A stretch of DNA of 64,000 nt from the human T2T-CHM13v2.0 reference genome, Homo sapiens: NCBI RefSeq assembly GCF_009914755.1, contig NC_060938.1; one strand, 5' to 3'. A model generated the notes under the pieces. It was given only the letters and a program-made list of their open reading frames with translations. It was not told the origin of the DNA and did no database searches. Positions 14,490 to 27,705 of the stretch are shown here, piece after piece. Within the stretch, counting starts at the first letter, position 1, and each line of letters opens with the position of its first letter. The position numbers and the translations under genes were made by a program.

Positions 14490-14690
14490 TACCACCACTG
14501 AGAATATTCAAAAGAAAACACTGTAAGCAATTCTAAAAAGAAATTCCTGAGCTTTTTTGTGTGCAATGACAACCTGATTGGAATAAGTTTAGAGCTTCCC
14601 ATGGTGACTATTTTAAAGAACCCAATAGTCTCTGGATGTAGAATTTCTAATACTTCTGGTAAAGAGTTTATTTAGTGATTTTATTATAAT
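14490..14690 (+). mobile_element. Mariner-like DNA transposon relic (MARNA-like)
   Basis: CCACTGAGAATATTCAAAAG...GCAATTC...TTGGAATAAG...CCCATGGTGACTATTTTAAAG resembles the recalled MARNA 3' part. Confidence 0.55.
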
Positions 14691-15339
14691 ATGTATGCAT
14701 GCAAATCCAAGTCTGTCTGTACATACATATGCCCCTGAAAACAAGCTGCTCCATTTGATATTTGACAGATGTCATATTATTTTTTCAAATGTTTTAAGAA
14801 TAGCAAACTAAAACATATCTTTTTTAGCATTCATCCCCATGTGAATTTTAAGGAGTACAAAGTCTACCTTTGATTCATCTATACTTTAACTCATCAAAAT
14901 GTCATGCTAATAAGAGACATTTGATGTACAAAAGACAGCTGGGTATCTCTCTGGTCTTTTGTTTCTTAGACACAGAATAAAAATCTTAGCTAATTATAAG
15001 CAAAACTGCTTCTTGTAAGATTTAGAGCAATTCAAAGCTCAGGAAAAAAAAAAAAAGATTCTTTAAATGTGCTCTACAGTGTGAGAGAGAGACCAAAAAA
15101 GGAAAGTAAGTAGAGAATATCACAATTGAAGAGTTACCTAGTCCCATGCACTCAATTATTAGATGAAGACAGCAAGAAAAGAGGCAAAACTAAAGATGGG
15201 GTGATTTATCCAGGGTAATATTGCAGCTGTGAGTCAGAGGCAAGAACAGAGTTGAGGCCTCTGCTTCAAAATGCAGTTCTCTTCCACTGAATAATAATGA
15301 GTTTTTAAGGAAATCCTTATATATGTACACATAGATAAC

Positions 15340-15366
15340 CACACACACACACACACACGTTTGTGC

Positions 15367-15409
<43 letters not shown>

Positions 15410-15447
15410 ACTATTGTCTCTCTCTCTCTCTCTCTGTCTCTGTCTCT
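15340..15447. repeat. Compound STR: (CA)9, (AGAT)10, (TC)n
   Basis: Seen directly; perfect (AGAT)10 at 15367-15406. Confidence 0.95.
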
Positions 15448-16318
15448 TCTATACATGAAGGCCAGAGAAAGAGGGAGGATATGTATACGTGTGTATGAGT
15501 AGACAGATGGATTGATAGACTCACCTTTAGGGGTGAAATTTATTTTGTGGAAGAAAGTTTTACTACCACTGAGAATATTCAAAGGAAAAGACTCTACGCC
15601 TTGCAAGCAATTTAATGTATTTATAGAATTCATATAATGTTCCTATATTCATATGATATGCATATAATTCATGTAACGTTAATATAATTTCATATATGTG
15701 AATATAAAATAATTTAAAAGATAACTTTTTAAAACATTTTCTCAAACCATTTTACTTTCAAAATTTAATGAGATTTTATCTAAGCCAAGTTTTTTTTGGG
15801 TGGGGGTAGGGGACAAGTGTGTTTGTGAAAATCTTAGTAGTATTGCTATAATCTTTTTTTTAATGAAATGTGGTATTTCTGTCAGCCTTAGAATACAGTA
15901 GAATGCTTCCATTTGTTTACATTGTGTGCCTTTCCCACTCCATACTATTACCTACCCTGACACATTACACGTTTGTAGATCCAGGGTTAAGATTTTAACC
16001 TTAAATATGCTAAAGAAGGCCTAAATGTTGGCACATTTATAAACTAATTTTGTTTCAATTTCAAGCAGAGTGATTTTTCAGTTTTGATTGAGGTCTCAGT
16101 TTTTTAAAGTTGAGGTCATTACTGCTTATCAGTGGAAATGAACATGATTTAATTCATGAAGTAGGTGAGAATACGGTCTTTCCCCAAAACAAAGCATTAG
16201 CATGAGAATAATAGTAGACCCAATTTCATCAGAACTAAGGGGTTTGGCAAATTACAAAATCTTAATTGAACCACTTTAAAATTATGTAGGTTATCAATGA
16301 AAGAAATCCCAAAGGTTG

Positions 16319-16667
16319 TGCTATGGGGTGAATGTTTATGTCTTCTTCAAATCTATATGTTGATATTCTGATTCCCAATGTGAGGATATTAAAAGGTGGG
16401 GCCTTAGGAGATAATTAGGTAATAAAGATGGAGCCCTCATTAATAGGATTAGTGCCCTCATAAGAAGAGACCCAAGAACTTGCTCTCACTCTCAGCTCTC
16501 TGCCATGTGAGGAAACAAGGAGAAGGCAGCCATCTGTAAATGGGGAAGTGTGATCTCACCAAACATCAGATTTTGGATTCCTCAGCCTCTAGAACCATGA
16601 GAAATAAGGTTCTGTTGACCACCCAGTCTATGGTGCTCTGTCACAGCAGCCTGAATGAACTAAGACA
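16319..16667 (+). mobile_element. MLT1A/MLT1A0 solo LTR
   Basis: TGCTATGG...CTAAGACA termini; TSD GGTTG/GGTTA. Confidence 0.85.
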
Positions 16668-17004
16668 GGTTATTATTTGATCATCTATTAGAAGATTATC
16701 AGTCTCCCTCTCATTCCTCTCCAAATAGTGATCATAGTGATAATCCTCCCCATGGTGTCCATGAGAAAGAAAGAGAATTCTTTCTTAAATGCTTCCTGTT
16801 GTTTCCTGATTTTTAGCATTTATACTTCAGTAAAATCTGATTTGGAAACTTTAACTTGGTAATTTACTGTTGGTTCAGATCACGAGCTTTAGAATGAGGT
16901 TATGTTTGGTCTAAATTCTAGCATGGTATTTATTAGCTACATAACCAGAGCAAGTTTTATAACAAGAGACTAGCTATCCCCAAATGTGGAATGGAGAACG
17001 AGAA

Positions 17005-17430
17005 TTCATTACTTCATGCTTTATTCAAATAATAATTTTTGCTTCTACTGCATGCTTGACATGAGCTAGGCTCTCAAGATAAAAGGGTGAAACATGAACA
17101 CACACTGCAGCCTCCCAGAGATTCCCCTAGGCAGGGTGATAAACACGCTCCAGGAGTCCTGGGAGTGATTGTCAAGTTGCAATTGGGGTAAGTGTGACAA
17201 AGGAGAGCTACTCACGATACAAGGAAATGCAGTAAGAGGATTGCGAGGTGATTAGGTGTATTGGGCAAGGTATTTATTATTGATTTCAACAATGAGCTGA
17301 GATCTGGAGGAAAAACAGGAGTTAACCAATAAAAGGGAGGTAAAAATCTTTTGTTTTAGGCAACAACCACAAAGACCCTTACAAATAGTGTTGGCAGACA
17401 TGAGGGATAGAAAGTAAACCAGCATGCCTG
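17005..17430 (-). mobile_element. L2 3' fragment
   Basis: Degenerate TTCATT...TTATTCAAAT...CTACTG...CTAGG...TGAGCTGAGATCTG pattern. Confidence 0.55.
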
Positions 17431-17722
17431 AGAGAAGATATACATGTATGTGCCTGTGAATGTGTTTTTACACTTTCATTTACGTGAAACATATGCAATT
17501 TAAACATAAAGTAGAATCAGACTTTATAAATTTTTCTGCAAATTGCTTTAAAATATATGTATATATATCATGGATATCTTTCCATGTTCATTCATATATA
17601 TCTACTTTATTAATTTTAATGGTTGCCTTGGATTTCATTGAGTTCCATAATTTAACTGTCTCACTACTGATAAAAATTTAAGTAATTTTCTAATTTATTT
17701 TATTACAGCAGTGCATCAGTGA

Positions 17723-18036
<314 letters not shown>

Positions 18037-18690
18037 ATGTTCTTGAATTTATATCTTAGCTTAATATTTTCATATTTTAGTAAGATAGAGTCCAACTCTT
18101 ACTTGTAAATACACTCTGAACATAGAAGGCATTGTCTGTGCCCTCTTGGACATTTGGGTTTATGAAAGGTAAGCAGTCATATAAATAAATTTATAATTAA
18201 AATATTGAAAGACATTCTGAAGAAACAGAAAAAATTTTATAAGGCTGCAAAACTTGCTATCGCAGGTGCAATGAGCCGAGATGGCCTCTTTTAAGGTGAG
18301 GCTTAGAGTAACAACAAGTCGCTGGGTTAGTTGGGATTTGTGGAGGATACAAGGAAGAGAGAAAAGACCCTCTTATCTGCAAAGGGGACTGAAGATCTGA
18401 GCAGGAGGTGTTGGATTAGAGAAACATTTATACCAGGAGTGTGCTGCACCTAATTAAGAAGACAGAAGCAGTTCTCAGCCATGTGAAGTCCTGTAATCGC
18501 AGTTTACTCTTTGTATAGCAAATACTCGTTCTGTTTTATGCTTTGCTGTCCCATTTCAATCATGGAAGTTGGCTACCTAGACAGCTGTTTTGTACGTGTT
18601 CTGCATCATTTCCATGTTTACACTTTCTTTTAATTCACCCACTTGCAAAGACCACAAGCTGTACATACAATTACCAGGGCATTAAAGGAA

Positions 18691-18744
<54 letters not shown>
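18691..18744. repeat. (CA)n microsatellite within a MER5-like relic
   Basis: About 27 CA units with one interruption. Confidence 0.95.
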
Positions 18745-18747
<3 letters not shown>

Positions 18748-19215
18748 ACTGATGCTTTGGTCCACCTTCATAAATTCTGATCTATTCAGTCTAAGGCAGA
18801 TACGGCATTAGAAAAAATTCTTTGATGTGATAGTTATTTTTATCTGTCAGCTTGACTGGGCCACAGGATGCCCAGATGTCTGATTATTTCTGGGTGTGTC
18901 TTGAGGGCATTTCCACATAAAATTAGTGTAATGGTTAATTTGAGCTGCCAACTTGGCCAGATTAAGGACCACATAGATAGCTGGTAAAGCACTATTCGGG
19001 GGTATGTTTCTAAGAATGTTTCTGGAGGAGATTTGGTGAACTGAGTGGGGAAGATCTGCCCTCAATATATACCATCTAACTGACTGAAAGTCTAGATAGA
19101 ACAAAAAGACAGAGGAAAGGGGAATTCTCTCTCTTTCTTTTCTAAAGCTGGGACACCCTTCACCTGCCTTTGGACATAAGAACTCCAGATTCTCCAACCT
19201 TAAGACTCTGGGACT

Positions 19216-19897
19216 TGTTAAAATAAAAAACTTCAGTCAAATTAAATTTAAAGGAGTTTAATGACAGCAGATTCAGAGAGACTCCAGGGATGCCTCGTGA
19301 TCAGTACAAATTTATGGACAAAAACAGGAAGTGACGTACAGAAATCGGCAGTGAGGTTCAGAAACAGCTGGACTGGTTACAGGTTGACATTTGCCTTATT
19401 TGAACACAACTTGAACACTTAGCACTCTATGAGTGGTTGAAGTATGGCCACTGGCATTGGCCAAGAACAGCCATTCTTACATGTGCATAATCCTAAATTT
19501 TGGGGTTTGTCGTTGTAGTTGTGGAGACACAGTTTCACTCTGTCCCCCAGGCTGGAGTAGAGTAGCACTATCTCAGCTCACTGCAACCTCCACCTCCCAG
19601 GTTCAAGCGATTCTCCTGCCTCAACCTCCCGAGTAGCTGTGATTACAGGTGCCTGCCACCATGCCTGGCTTATTTTTTGTATTATTAGTAGAGGTGGTGT
19701 TTTCCCATGTTGGCCAGGCTGTTTTCCAACTCCTGACATCATGTGATCTGCCTGCCCTGGCTTCCCAAAATGCTGGGATTACAGTAAATTAGGTTTTCAG
19801 TCTTGTCTGCCTATTAAGCTAGGTCACAGTTCCTCCCCAAGGACTCACCTATAGAAGTACAGAGTCCTTCTCAGGCCATATTTAGTTTGCTTTAACA
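19216..19897 (-). mobile_element. ERV1 solo LTR (MER57A-like) nested in MLT2B
   Basis: TGTTAAA...TTTAACA termini; 4-bp TSD GACT (19212-19215, 19898-19901). Confidence 0.8.
19500..19784 (-). mobile_element. Alu (AluS), slightly 5'-truncated, nested in the MER57-like LTR
   Basis: Reverse Alu ending GGGATTACAG; TSD TAAATT. Confidence 0.9.
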
Positions 19898-20601
19898 GAC
19901 TTGTACCAATGTCCTGGGCTCCACCCTGCAGCTCCTAGGCTCTCAGGGTTTTGGCCACAGATTGAGAGTCATGCCATTGGGTTTCCCGGGCTTTCACACT
20001 TGGACTGAGCCACACTAACAGCATTCTAGTTCTCCAGCTTGCAGACAGCCTGTTATAGGACCTTTCAACTTCCATAATCATATGAATCAATTTCCCTAAT
20101 AAATGCCCTCTCATCTGTCTATCTACATCTAACTATCTTATTGGTTCTGTCACTCTAGAGAACCCTGACTAATACAATTACCATTTAAGTTGGTGGATTC
20201 AGTAAAGTAAATGGCCCTTCCCAATGTGATTGGGTATCATCTAATCTGTTGAGAGGTTGAGTAGAACAAAAACGTGAAGGAAGTTTGAATTCACTCTCTG
20301 CCTGACAGATTGAGCCGGGATGTTGATATTCTGCTCTCAGTGTTCCCTGTCCCAGTCCTGCAGACTCAGTATGGAATCTATATGACTCTGTGGCTCTCAA
20401 GACTTAGAATACACTACCAGCTTTCCTGGGTATCCAGTTTGTAGATCAGATTGTGAGACTTCTCAGTCTCCGTAACTGCATGAGCCATTCTCTTATAATA
20501 TGTCTCACTCTATATATCTATATCTATATTATTGATATCTATACTATGGATTTTTTTTTAACTCTGACTAATACCTAGGTTTGAGAACTAGTGCTCTAAG
20601 A

Positions 20602-20764
20602 CAGCACTTCTCAAACTATAATGTGCCTAAATGGATTATCAACAGATCTTGTAAAGTCGGGACTCTGATTTTGTAGGTTTGGGGTGAGCCTGAGATTATG
20701 CTTTCCTAACATGCTCCTTGTAATACTGAAGATGCTGGAATGAGAATCACAATCTAAGTGGCAA
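20602..20764. mobile_element. MER5A-like hAT MITE
   Basis: CAGCACTTCTCAAACT...GTAGGTTTGGGGTGAGCCTGAGA...GATGCTGG. Confidence 0.65.
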
Positions 20765-23644
20765 TTTGGTCTAAGGGACTCAAAGTTGAGCTCACTGCCA
20801 CATAATCAATAACCCCACTGATCTCAGGCAGAGAAGGGGAGAGACAGAAAAAGATGGGATATAGCATCCCATCATATTGACTTGTTTACTTATTAATAAA
20901 TTATAAATATTTGCTTATTAATTTACATGATTTATAATTTATATTAAATAACCTATTTATAATCTACAAACTTATTATTTTTGTCCAAGTCACCTTAACT
21001 GTCTCAATTTTTAACTCCCTAATCAAAGGTGAAATGTCTTAATTTTTTACATGCAAAATGAAAAAAAAATATGCATTTCCAAGACCTCTCTGGAAGAAAA
21101 AGTGAGATACAAATATAAATATATTTATAGTATATTGTTATTACTACTACCACTAATAAGAGTAATTCTTACTGTCATTAGAGAGATCAATTCCTGATCA
21201 TCTACTGTGTACCAGACACTTTTCCCACTTACTGACTTTAACTTCATTATCCCCAATTTTGCAGAGGAATTATTTGGCCTGCATAGGTTAATTTACTTAC
21301 AGACTGCTTAGAATATGACACATTTATTTTATCATTATCATCTTCTTTTGAGGTTCATGGATCACTTTGATTTAATTGGCTACCATATCTTTCTGACTTA
21401 CAGCTAGGATTCCTTGCATTTCCATTTTTATAATCTGGTCAACTATTGCTCTCCAAAAGGGGAAAGTTATCTTTCACCAAGACTTTCAGGATGAAAGAAG
21501 GGATAAAATGTATCCAAGAAAATGATTCTCATAAGAAAAAACAAATCCCCTCTGCTTCCCTCCCATTTTCTGTATGTGTGTTTGTGCACACACACATGCA
21601 CACATTAAGATTTAGCTCCAATTATTTCGACTGCTGTTAGCCTCACAGCTGTGGCCTTTAAACCAAATTCTCTTTCCAACATTGTCCAGAAAAATTACTT
21701 AACTCTTTTCTATCACTACGCATTGAGTTAAACAAACCATTTGTTTCAAACAACAATTTGAAGAAAGACCTGACATACACATATACTTCCATCATTTATT
21801 CTACATTTACTGACACTTAATATTAGCTCAATTGTGGCCTCTTTCTAGTCAAACTATGTAGGTTTAAATGATTTTAATGAATTATTTCAATGTGTCTATA
21901 TTTTAAAGTGTTGCCATTTAAAGGAATAAACTAACAGTACTTAAATAGACTTCACAGCAAAAAGGCAAATGAAGAAAATTCTGACTTTTGGAATTCTTTG
22001 TTTCCTTCTTGCCTGGTTTGCAGGTGTTCCGTGGCATTCAGATTCTTGTGGTCTTGGCATATCCTCAGAGCAGAGAGAATTATTGTTTTGTAGAATTGAA
22101 AGCACAAAAATGTCATTAACAGTCCTGTTTTACAGTGTTAGTGATAGTAGATAATTTATTATTTTTATTTTAGGCGTAAAATTATATATTAAGTTGTTTT
22201 AAAACCTAAATGGAAAAAGAAGCCTCTAATTTCTTATAGTTACTAAGTGATGTTTTTATACATTAACCTATTCTCCTAATAAAATAATTACTTTTTTCTT
22301 TGTTTAAAACCCAAAACATAAAAAATACTATTATTAGCATGATTCTATGTCATTCTCTGCCTGCTTCCTCTACCTACTATTTACACCTCAGCTTGGTTTC
22401 ACACAACTTTACAAGCAAGAGAAAAAAATACTGAAACTATGAGAGAAGTGAGTATATTGATATGAAGGTTATCCTTTTTTTAAAAAAAAAAAAAAAGAAT
22501 TTCACTTTACTTGATGACAAAACATTCAGATATTAATTTTTTAAAAAATCACATTTCCATGTTTCTTTGTGTTTTGAAGTGGCTAGATAGCCATAAATAT
22601 TTCAAAAAGTAACTTAATTTTCCACTTTTTATTAGGGCATTTAACAGCTTTTTAGACAAAAAGATGCATTTCTTGTGGGTTTTGTTTTTCAGAAATAAAA
22701 AATGTTCCTGAAGGTAGGATATCTTTAGAAAACATACATTTCAAAAGAATTTTACATACAATCTTTACAGAAACACGTACACGGACAAAGAAAAAGAGAC
22801 AGAGAGAGAGAGAGAGATCACATTCATAAATTATTCAAGAATTAAGCAGATATTGTAGCATAAACTGAAGTGCTGAAAGATTGAAATGCTGTCTAACCTG
22901 TAATAGCATTTAACTTTAGCTTCTAACCTAAAGAAGTGATAGGAATTCCATCTTCTTACATATTTTCAGCATGTTTGAGCACGTTGAGAAAATGAGATTT
23001 TCTTGATCAGGTAAGCAATTATAAATAGGGAACTAAGCTGAAATTATGCCAATTTTCTTTCAGTTAGGGTACACATTTCTGTGCTAATGTGAACAGGAAT
23101 TCCTTTCTTAGGGTGTAAATATATAAAAGTTGTTATTGGTTCACTTTGGGAGGTTGGAAGACTGTGGCAAATAACAAATTACAAAAACAAACAAACAAAC
23201 AAAACCAAAAAGAAACAGAATCTGTTTTCACCAAGCTTTTTACATGTCTCAGTATCAGGAAAAGGGAAATAAACTATTATTTAGAGTTTTGTTCAATGCA
23301 TTTGACCAGCTGGTCAACAAGTTGACCTCCCAGAGCAAAAGGCATGGCATAACCACAGAGTGAACGCTCACAGGTCAAGAGGCACCCCAATTGTAGAATT
23401 AATGGGTGAAGCAAGAAGGATTGTTGGACAGAGATCAGGGTGAAAATGAGCAAGATAAAATAAAGAACAGAGCATTTCCACCAAGAAATTAGGAATACTT
23501 GAAGGTTCCTTCAGGAAAGAAGACAGAACTGATCCATTTGACAAAGATCTCAGATAACTAAACATAGACTTTTGAGTAACAAATGCAGAATGTGGTGGGG
23601 TGGGGGGGAAATGAGGCTCCCAATAAAACAAACGAGAAAATGCA

Positions 23645-23953
23645 GACCGGGCACTGTGGCTCATGTCTGTAATCCCAGCACTTTGGGAGGCCAAGGCAGC
23701 TGGATCACCAGAGGTCAGGAGTTCAAGACCAGCTTGGCCAACATGGCAAAACCCCTTCTCTACTAAAAGTACAAATATTAGCCGGGTGTCGTGGTGTGTG
23801 CCTGTAGTCCCAGCTATGAGGGGGCTGAGGCAAGAGGATCACTCAAACCTGGGAGGCGGAAGTTGCAGTGAGCCGAGATCGTGCCAATGCACTCCAACCT
23901 GGACAACAGAGCAAGGCTCCTTTTCAAAAAAAAAAAAAAAGAAAGAAAGAAAG
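23645..23953 (+). mobile_element. Alu (AluS)
   Basis: Full dimer; TSD AAACGAGAAAATGCA / AAATGAGAAAATGCA. Confidence 0.95.
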
Positions 23954-25513
23954 AAATGAGAAAATGCAAATTCCAAAAGAAAGAATATGCTTTTGGCAAA
24001 TTACAGTTCTTTTTGCAGCCAGTCCAAAAATATGAAATAGAATATGTATAATGGTTTATTTCTTCATTCTTTCTTGTCCCTGAGAATTTGAAAATACTTG
24101 CAAGTTGTAATTTAGGTTTTGCTATTTTTTAAGATTCATCATCATAATCATCAGTATAAGTATATTGAGTACCTGTTGTGTTTGCCATATCATCTGAATC
24201 ATAACTTACGTATAATAAAATGCAATAACTAATCTGGCATTAATTGCATATTCAAGGTTAAGCTAATATTCTTGGTTTACTCCATTATAATCTGCTCACT
24301 TCTTCAGTTTAGCATATCTTAGAGCAGTTTACAAGTATATTGGTCTGGAAAAAGGGGTGTGAGCCAATTCAGCTAAGGGCCTGTCTTCAAAGCCAGTCCA
24401 TTCATGGTATAACGTGTCTAAACTTCCTTCATATTAGATCTGGAATTTGGTAAACAAAACACACTGAATGAAAGGAGGAGTAGAAGAGGGGATGAAGGTG
24501 GGGATTAAGGCATTATCTATAATTTGGCTGCCTGTATAACCAGGAGCAAAATGAGGGAGAAAAGTGCTGGCATATGGAGAGCAAAGTCTGGCAATAATTG
24601 ATTGATATAAAACAGCTTTGCCAAATTGTCAGGCCTTTCAGTATCTGTGTATTCAAAGGGAGACTGAATTTTAAAATGATAGCAATTTATTGTGTGTCAC
24701 ACGTCTCACTTGATCACACAATATGTTAATGTTCTAAAACACGGACAATTAAAAAAATATTTTTTTAACTTTTCATTTACTTCAAATAATTTTCAAGAGT
24801 CAGTTTTTAACCAAAACCAGCTGTATCTTCAAGTCCCAATCACTATTACTGAGCAAATTCTAAGAGTGCTTTGATTGCTTTAATGTGGTTTAATTTTGAA
24901 CATTCTAGTAAAATCGTATATAGTACACAAATGGAAAAGCCGAGTCAGTCTTAGAAAAGCCTTTAGAGCGTTATTTTCATTATTTTTCTTTTGCATCTTT
25001 CCTTCATATTGAAGTTCCTGAATTCATTTAAGGCATTTTCCACGAAATAACTTTCTTCAAGGTCCTTATGAACAGCAGACAGCCAATCAAATGTTTGATT
25101 CAGCAAATGCATGTTAAACACACTCCTTTAGACTTCAAGTACCCGATAATGGTAGGAGAGTAAAAAGATATATTCTTTTTCTACTTGGAAGGGGAATTGA
25201 AAGGTAAGTAATTTTATGATCAATCCAAAGTATGCAATTGATGCATCCTATATGCCACAAGTGTCAATTGGCCAACAACTTTCCTATTTTTTTTTCCTTT
25301 TTTTATTCTAAATACATGGAAAAAGAGGGCGACATAATTTAGTGAAATAACATAAATTGAAAGTTAGATATGGGCCTGGATATTGTTTCCACGTTGTGAG
25401 AAATTTAATTAGCAGATTTTCATTTCCTTCCTCTATAAAATGGGAATACATCCAACATTTTGAAGTAGTTCTGAGGATTAGAAAGGGTGTAAGTGATAAT
25501 AACATACTACTGT

Positions 25514-25946
25514 TGTTAAAGTAAATTAAAACAGAGACCAGGCATGAAGAACTCCTGAGCAGACAAAAACAGTTAGGTTTCATAAGTGACCTAAACATTG
25601 CTTGACTTGCAAACATAAGCAAAACTTAACTTGAGTTTTTTCTTGTAAATGCCTTTATTAAAGAAAAACAGAACATAAACTCAACCCATCAGAAGTAGCC
25701 AACAACCATAATTATATAACCAGAGACGTTTCAATGGGGCAGACCAATAAGGCCACTTTATAACTGTAACCAATCAAATATTTTCTTTGCTTTACTTCTG
25801 TGTCCATCCTGTAAAAGCCTGCTCCTTGCATTCCCTTGGTGGTGCTCCTGAACCACTTCTGGTTTGGAGTTGCCCCAATTTATGAATTGCTTCTTACTCA
25901 AATAAACTCCTTAGCATTTTATTGTGTCTCAGTTTACTTTTTAACA
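25514..25946 (+). mobile_element. ERV1 solo LTR (MER57-family) inserted in a MIR
   Basis: TGTTAAAG...TTTTAACA; TSD CTGT; CCAAT boxes, AATAAA; MIR core (CTATAAAATGGG) upstream. Confidence 0.8.
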
Positions 25947-26216
25947 CTGTTTATTATTCATCTGGCACACAGTGATGAATATCATCTGGAATAAAAGTAA
26001 ATATGTAAAAAGTAGAATTTCAGTAAAAGGAAGATGTGATTGTATTTTCAAAAATCCACTTACACAGTGCTTTATCCCTAAACAAGAGTGTATCATATGA
26101 CTTACTTATGACTGATGCTGGACTGTTCAAAATTGTATGCTAACTTCATTCAAGTTACCAATTATGTTTTCTGATGTCCCAGGAAATAAGTTTTACTTGT
26201 TTTACCAATGCAATAT

Positions 26217-27024
26217 TGTGAAATATATATTTGGTCTTCATCTCCATTTCCTGGCATATAGTTCCTAAAAATGCTTAGACTCTCTGGAGTGATGGGGGTC
26301 TTTTGTATGCTAATGAGATGACTGGGGGCAGGGAGCCCCTAGATGACCTCATAGTGGGGGCTGTCTGCCAGGGGAACCAACCGTGTGATTAGAGGGTTGG
26401 AACTATCAGTTAAATCCCCAAATTCCTGGGAGGGAAAGAGGGCTGAAGTTTGAACAAACAAACGAATGACCAATGATTTAATCCACTGTGCCCACTTAAT
26501 GAGTGTCCATAAAACCCCAAAAGGACTGAGTTCAAAGAGGTTTTGAATGGCAGAACACGTGGAGGTTCCTGAAAAGTGGTGTATCTGGGGAGGACATACA
26601 AACTCTGAGCCCCTTCTCCCGTACCTCTCCCAATGCATCTCTTCCATCTGGCTGTTCATCTGTATCTTTGTACTATCCTCTACAATAAACCAACAAAGAT
26701 AAATATTTCCTTGAGTTCCATGAGCCACTCTAGCAAATTAATCAAACCTGGCTGGTTAGAAGCATATGTCATAGCCCATGCTTGCAACTGGCATCTGAAG
26801 TGGAGACAGTCATATGAGACTGAGCCCTTAACTTTATGGGATCTGATTCTATAATCTCTGGTTAGAGAACATCTAGCTAGTGAAAGTAATTATTTGCCAG
26901 ATAATTGCTTGCGGTATGTGTGGGGAAAATAACATACACATCTGGGAAAGAAAACCTACACACCTGGTATCAGAAGTATTGTGCTATGACTGATAGATTA
27001 ACAAAAAATATACTTTTTTCTACA
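26217..27024 (+). mobile_element. MER21-family LTR
   Basis: TTTGTATGCTAATGAGATGACT, GGAACCAACCGTGTGATTAGAGGGTTGGAAC, GAGCCACTCTAGCAAATTAATCAAACC recalled as MER21 motifs. Confidence 0.75.
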
Positions 27025-27150
27025 TCTATCTCTAGAACTATGTAAGTTATTCACATCTCCTTGCAGTCCACAGCCCAGTTAGGGACTGTCCTCATGATAA
27101 CTTCACTGAAGGAACAATCTTCTGTGGATGACAATGAAATAAGAAATGAC

Positions 27151-27500
<350 letters not shown>

Positions 27501-27641
27501 TTACTGTATGCCAAAGCAGAATCTCCTCATAATAGAAGGGTCTGAAGTTAACCAAGGACTCACAATTTTTATCTATTTAAATGTACATTTTTGAATTGAC
27601 TTCTATGTGTTCTGGCATCTGGAATCTTAAGAAAGTCTTCT

Positions 27642-27705
27642 GTGCTCGCTTCGATAGCACATATACTAAAATTGGAACAATACTGGGAAGGTGAGTATGG
27701 TCTCT
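27642..27705 (+). pseudogene. 3'-truncated U6 snRNA retropseudogene (U6 nt 1-64)
   Basis: GTGCTCGCTTCGATAGCACATATACTAAAATTGGAAC...; about 10 of 64 mismatches to U6; A-rich tail; TSD AAAGTCTTCT/AAAATCTTCT. Confidence 0.93.

Larger units (their letters stand above)
18927..20176 (+). mobile_element. MLT2B-type LTR nested in the outer MLT2
   Basis: TGTAATGGTTAAT...CCCTGACTAATACA; TSD ATTAG/ATTAC. Confidence 0.85.
18826..20574 (+). mobile_element. MLT2C/D-type LTR (outer), split by nested elements
   Basis: TGTGATAGTTA...GTCAGCTTGACTGGGCC start; resumes at 20177; ends CTGACTAATAC. Confidence 0.8.

Noticed and set aside
26300-26314. SOX-OCT-like TTTTGTATGCTAAT
   Set aside because: Recalled as part of the MER21 consensus; no locus-specific evidence
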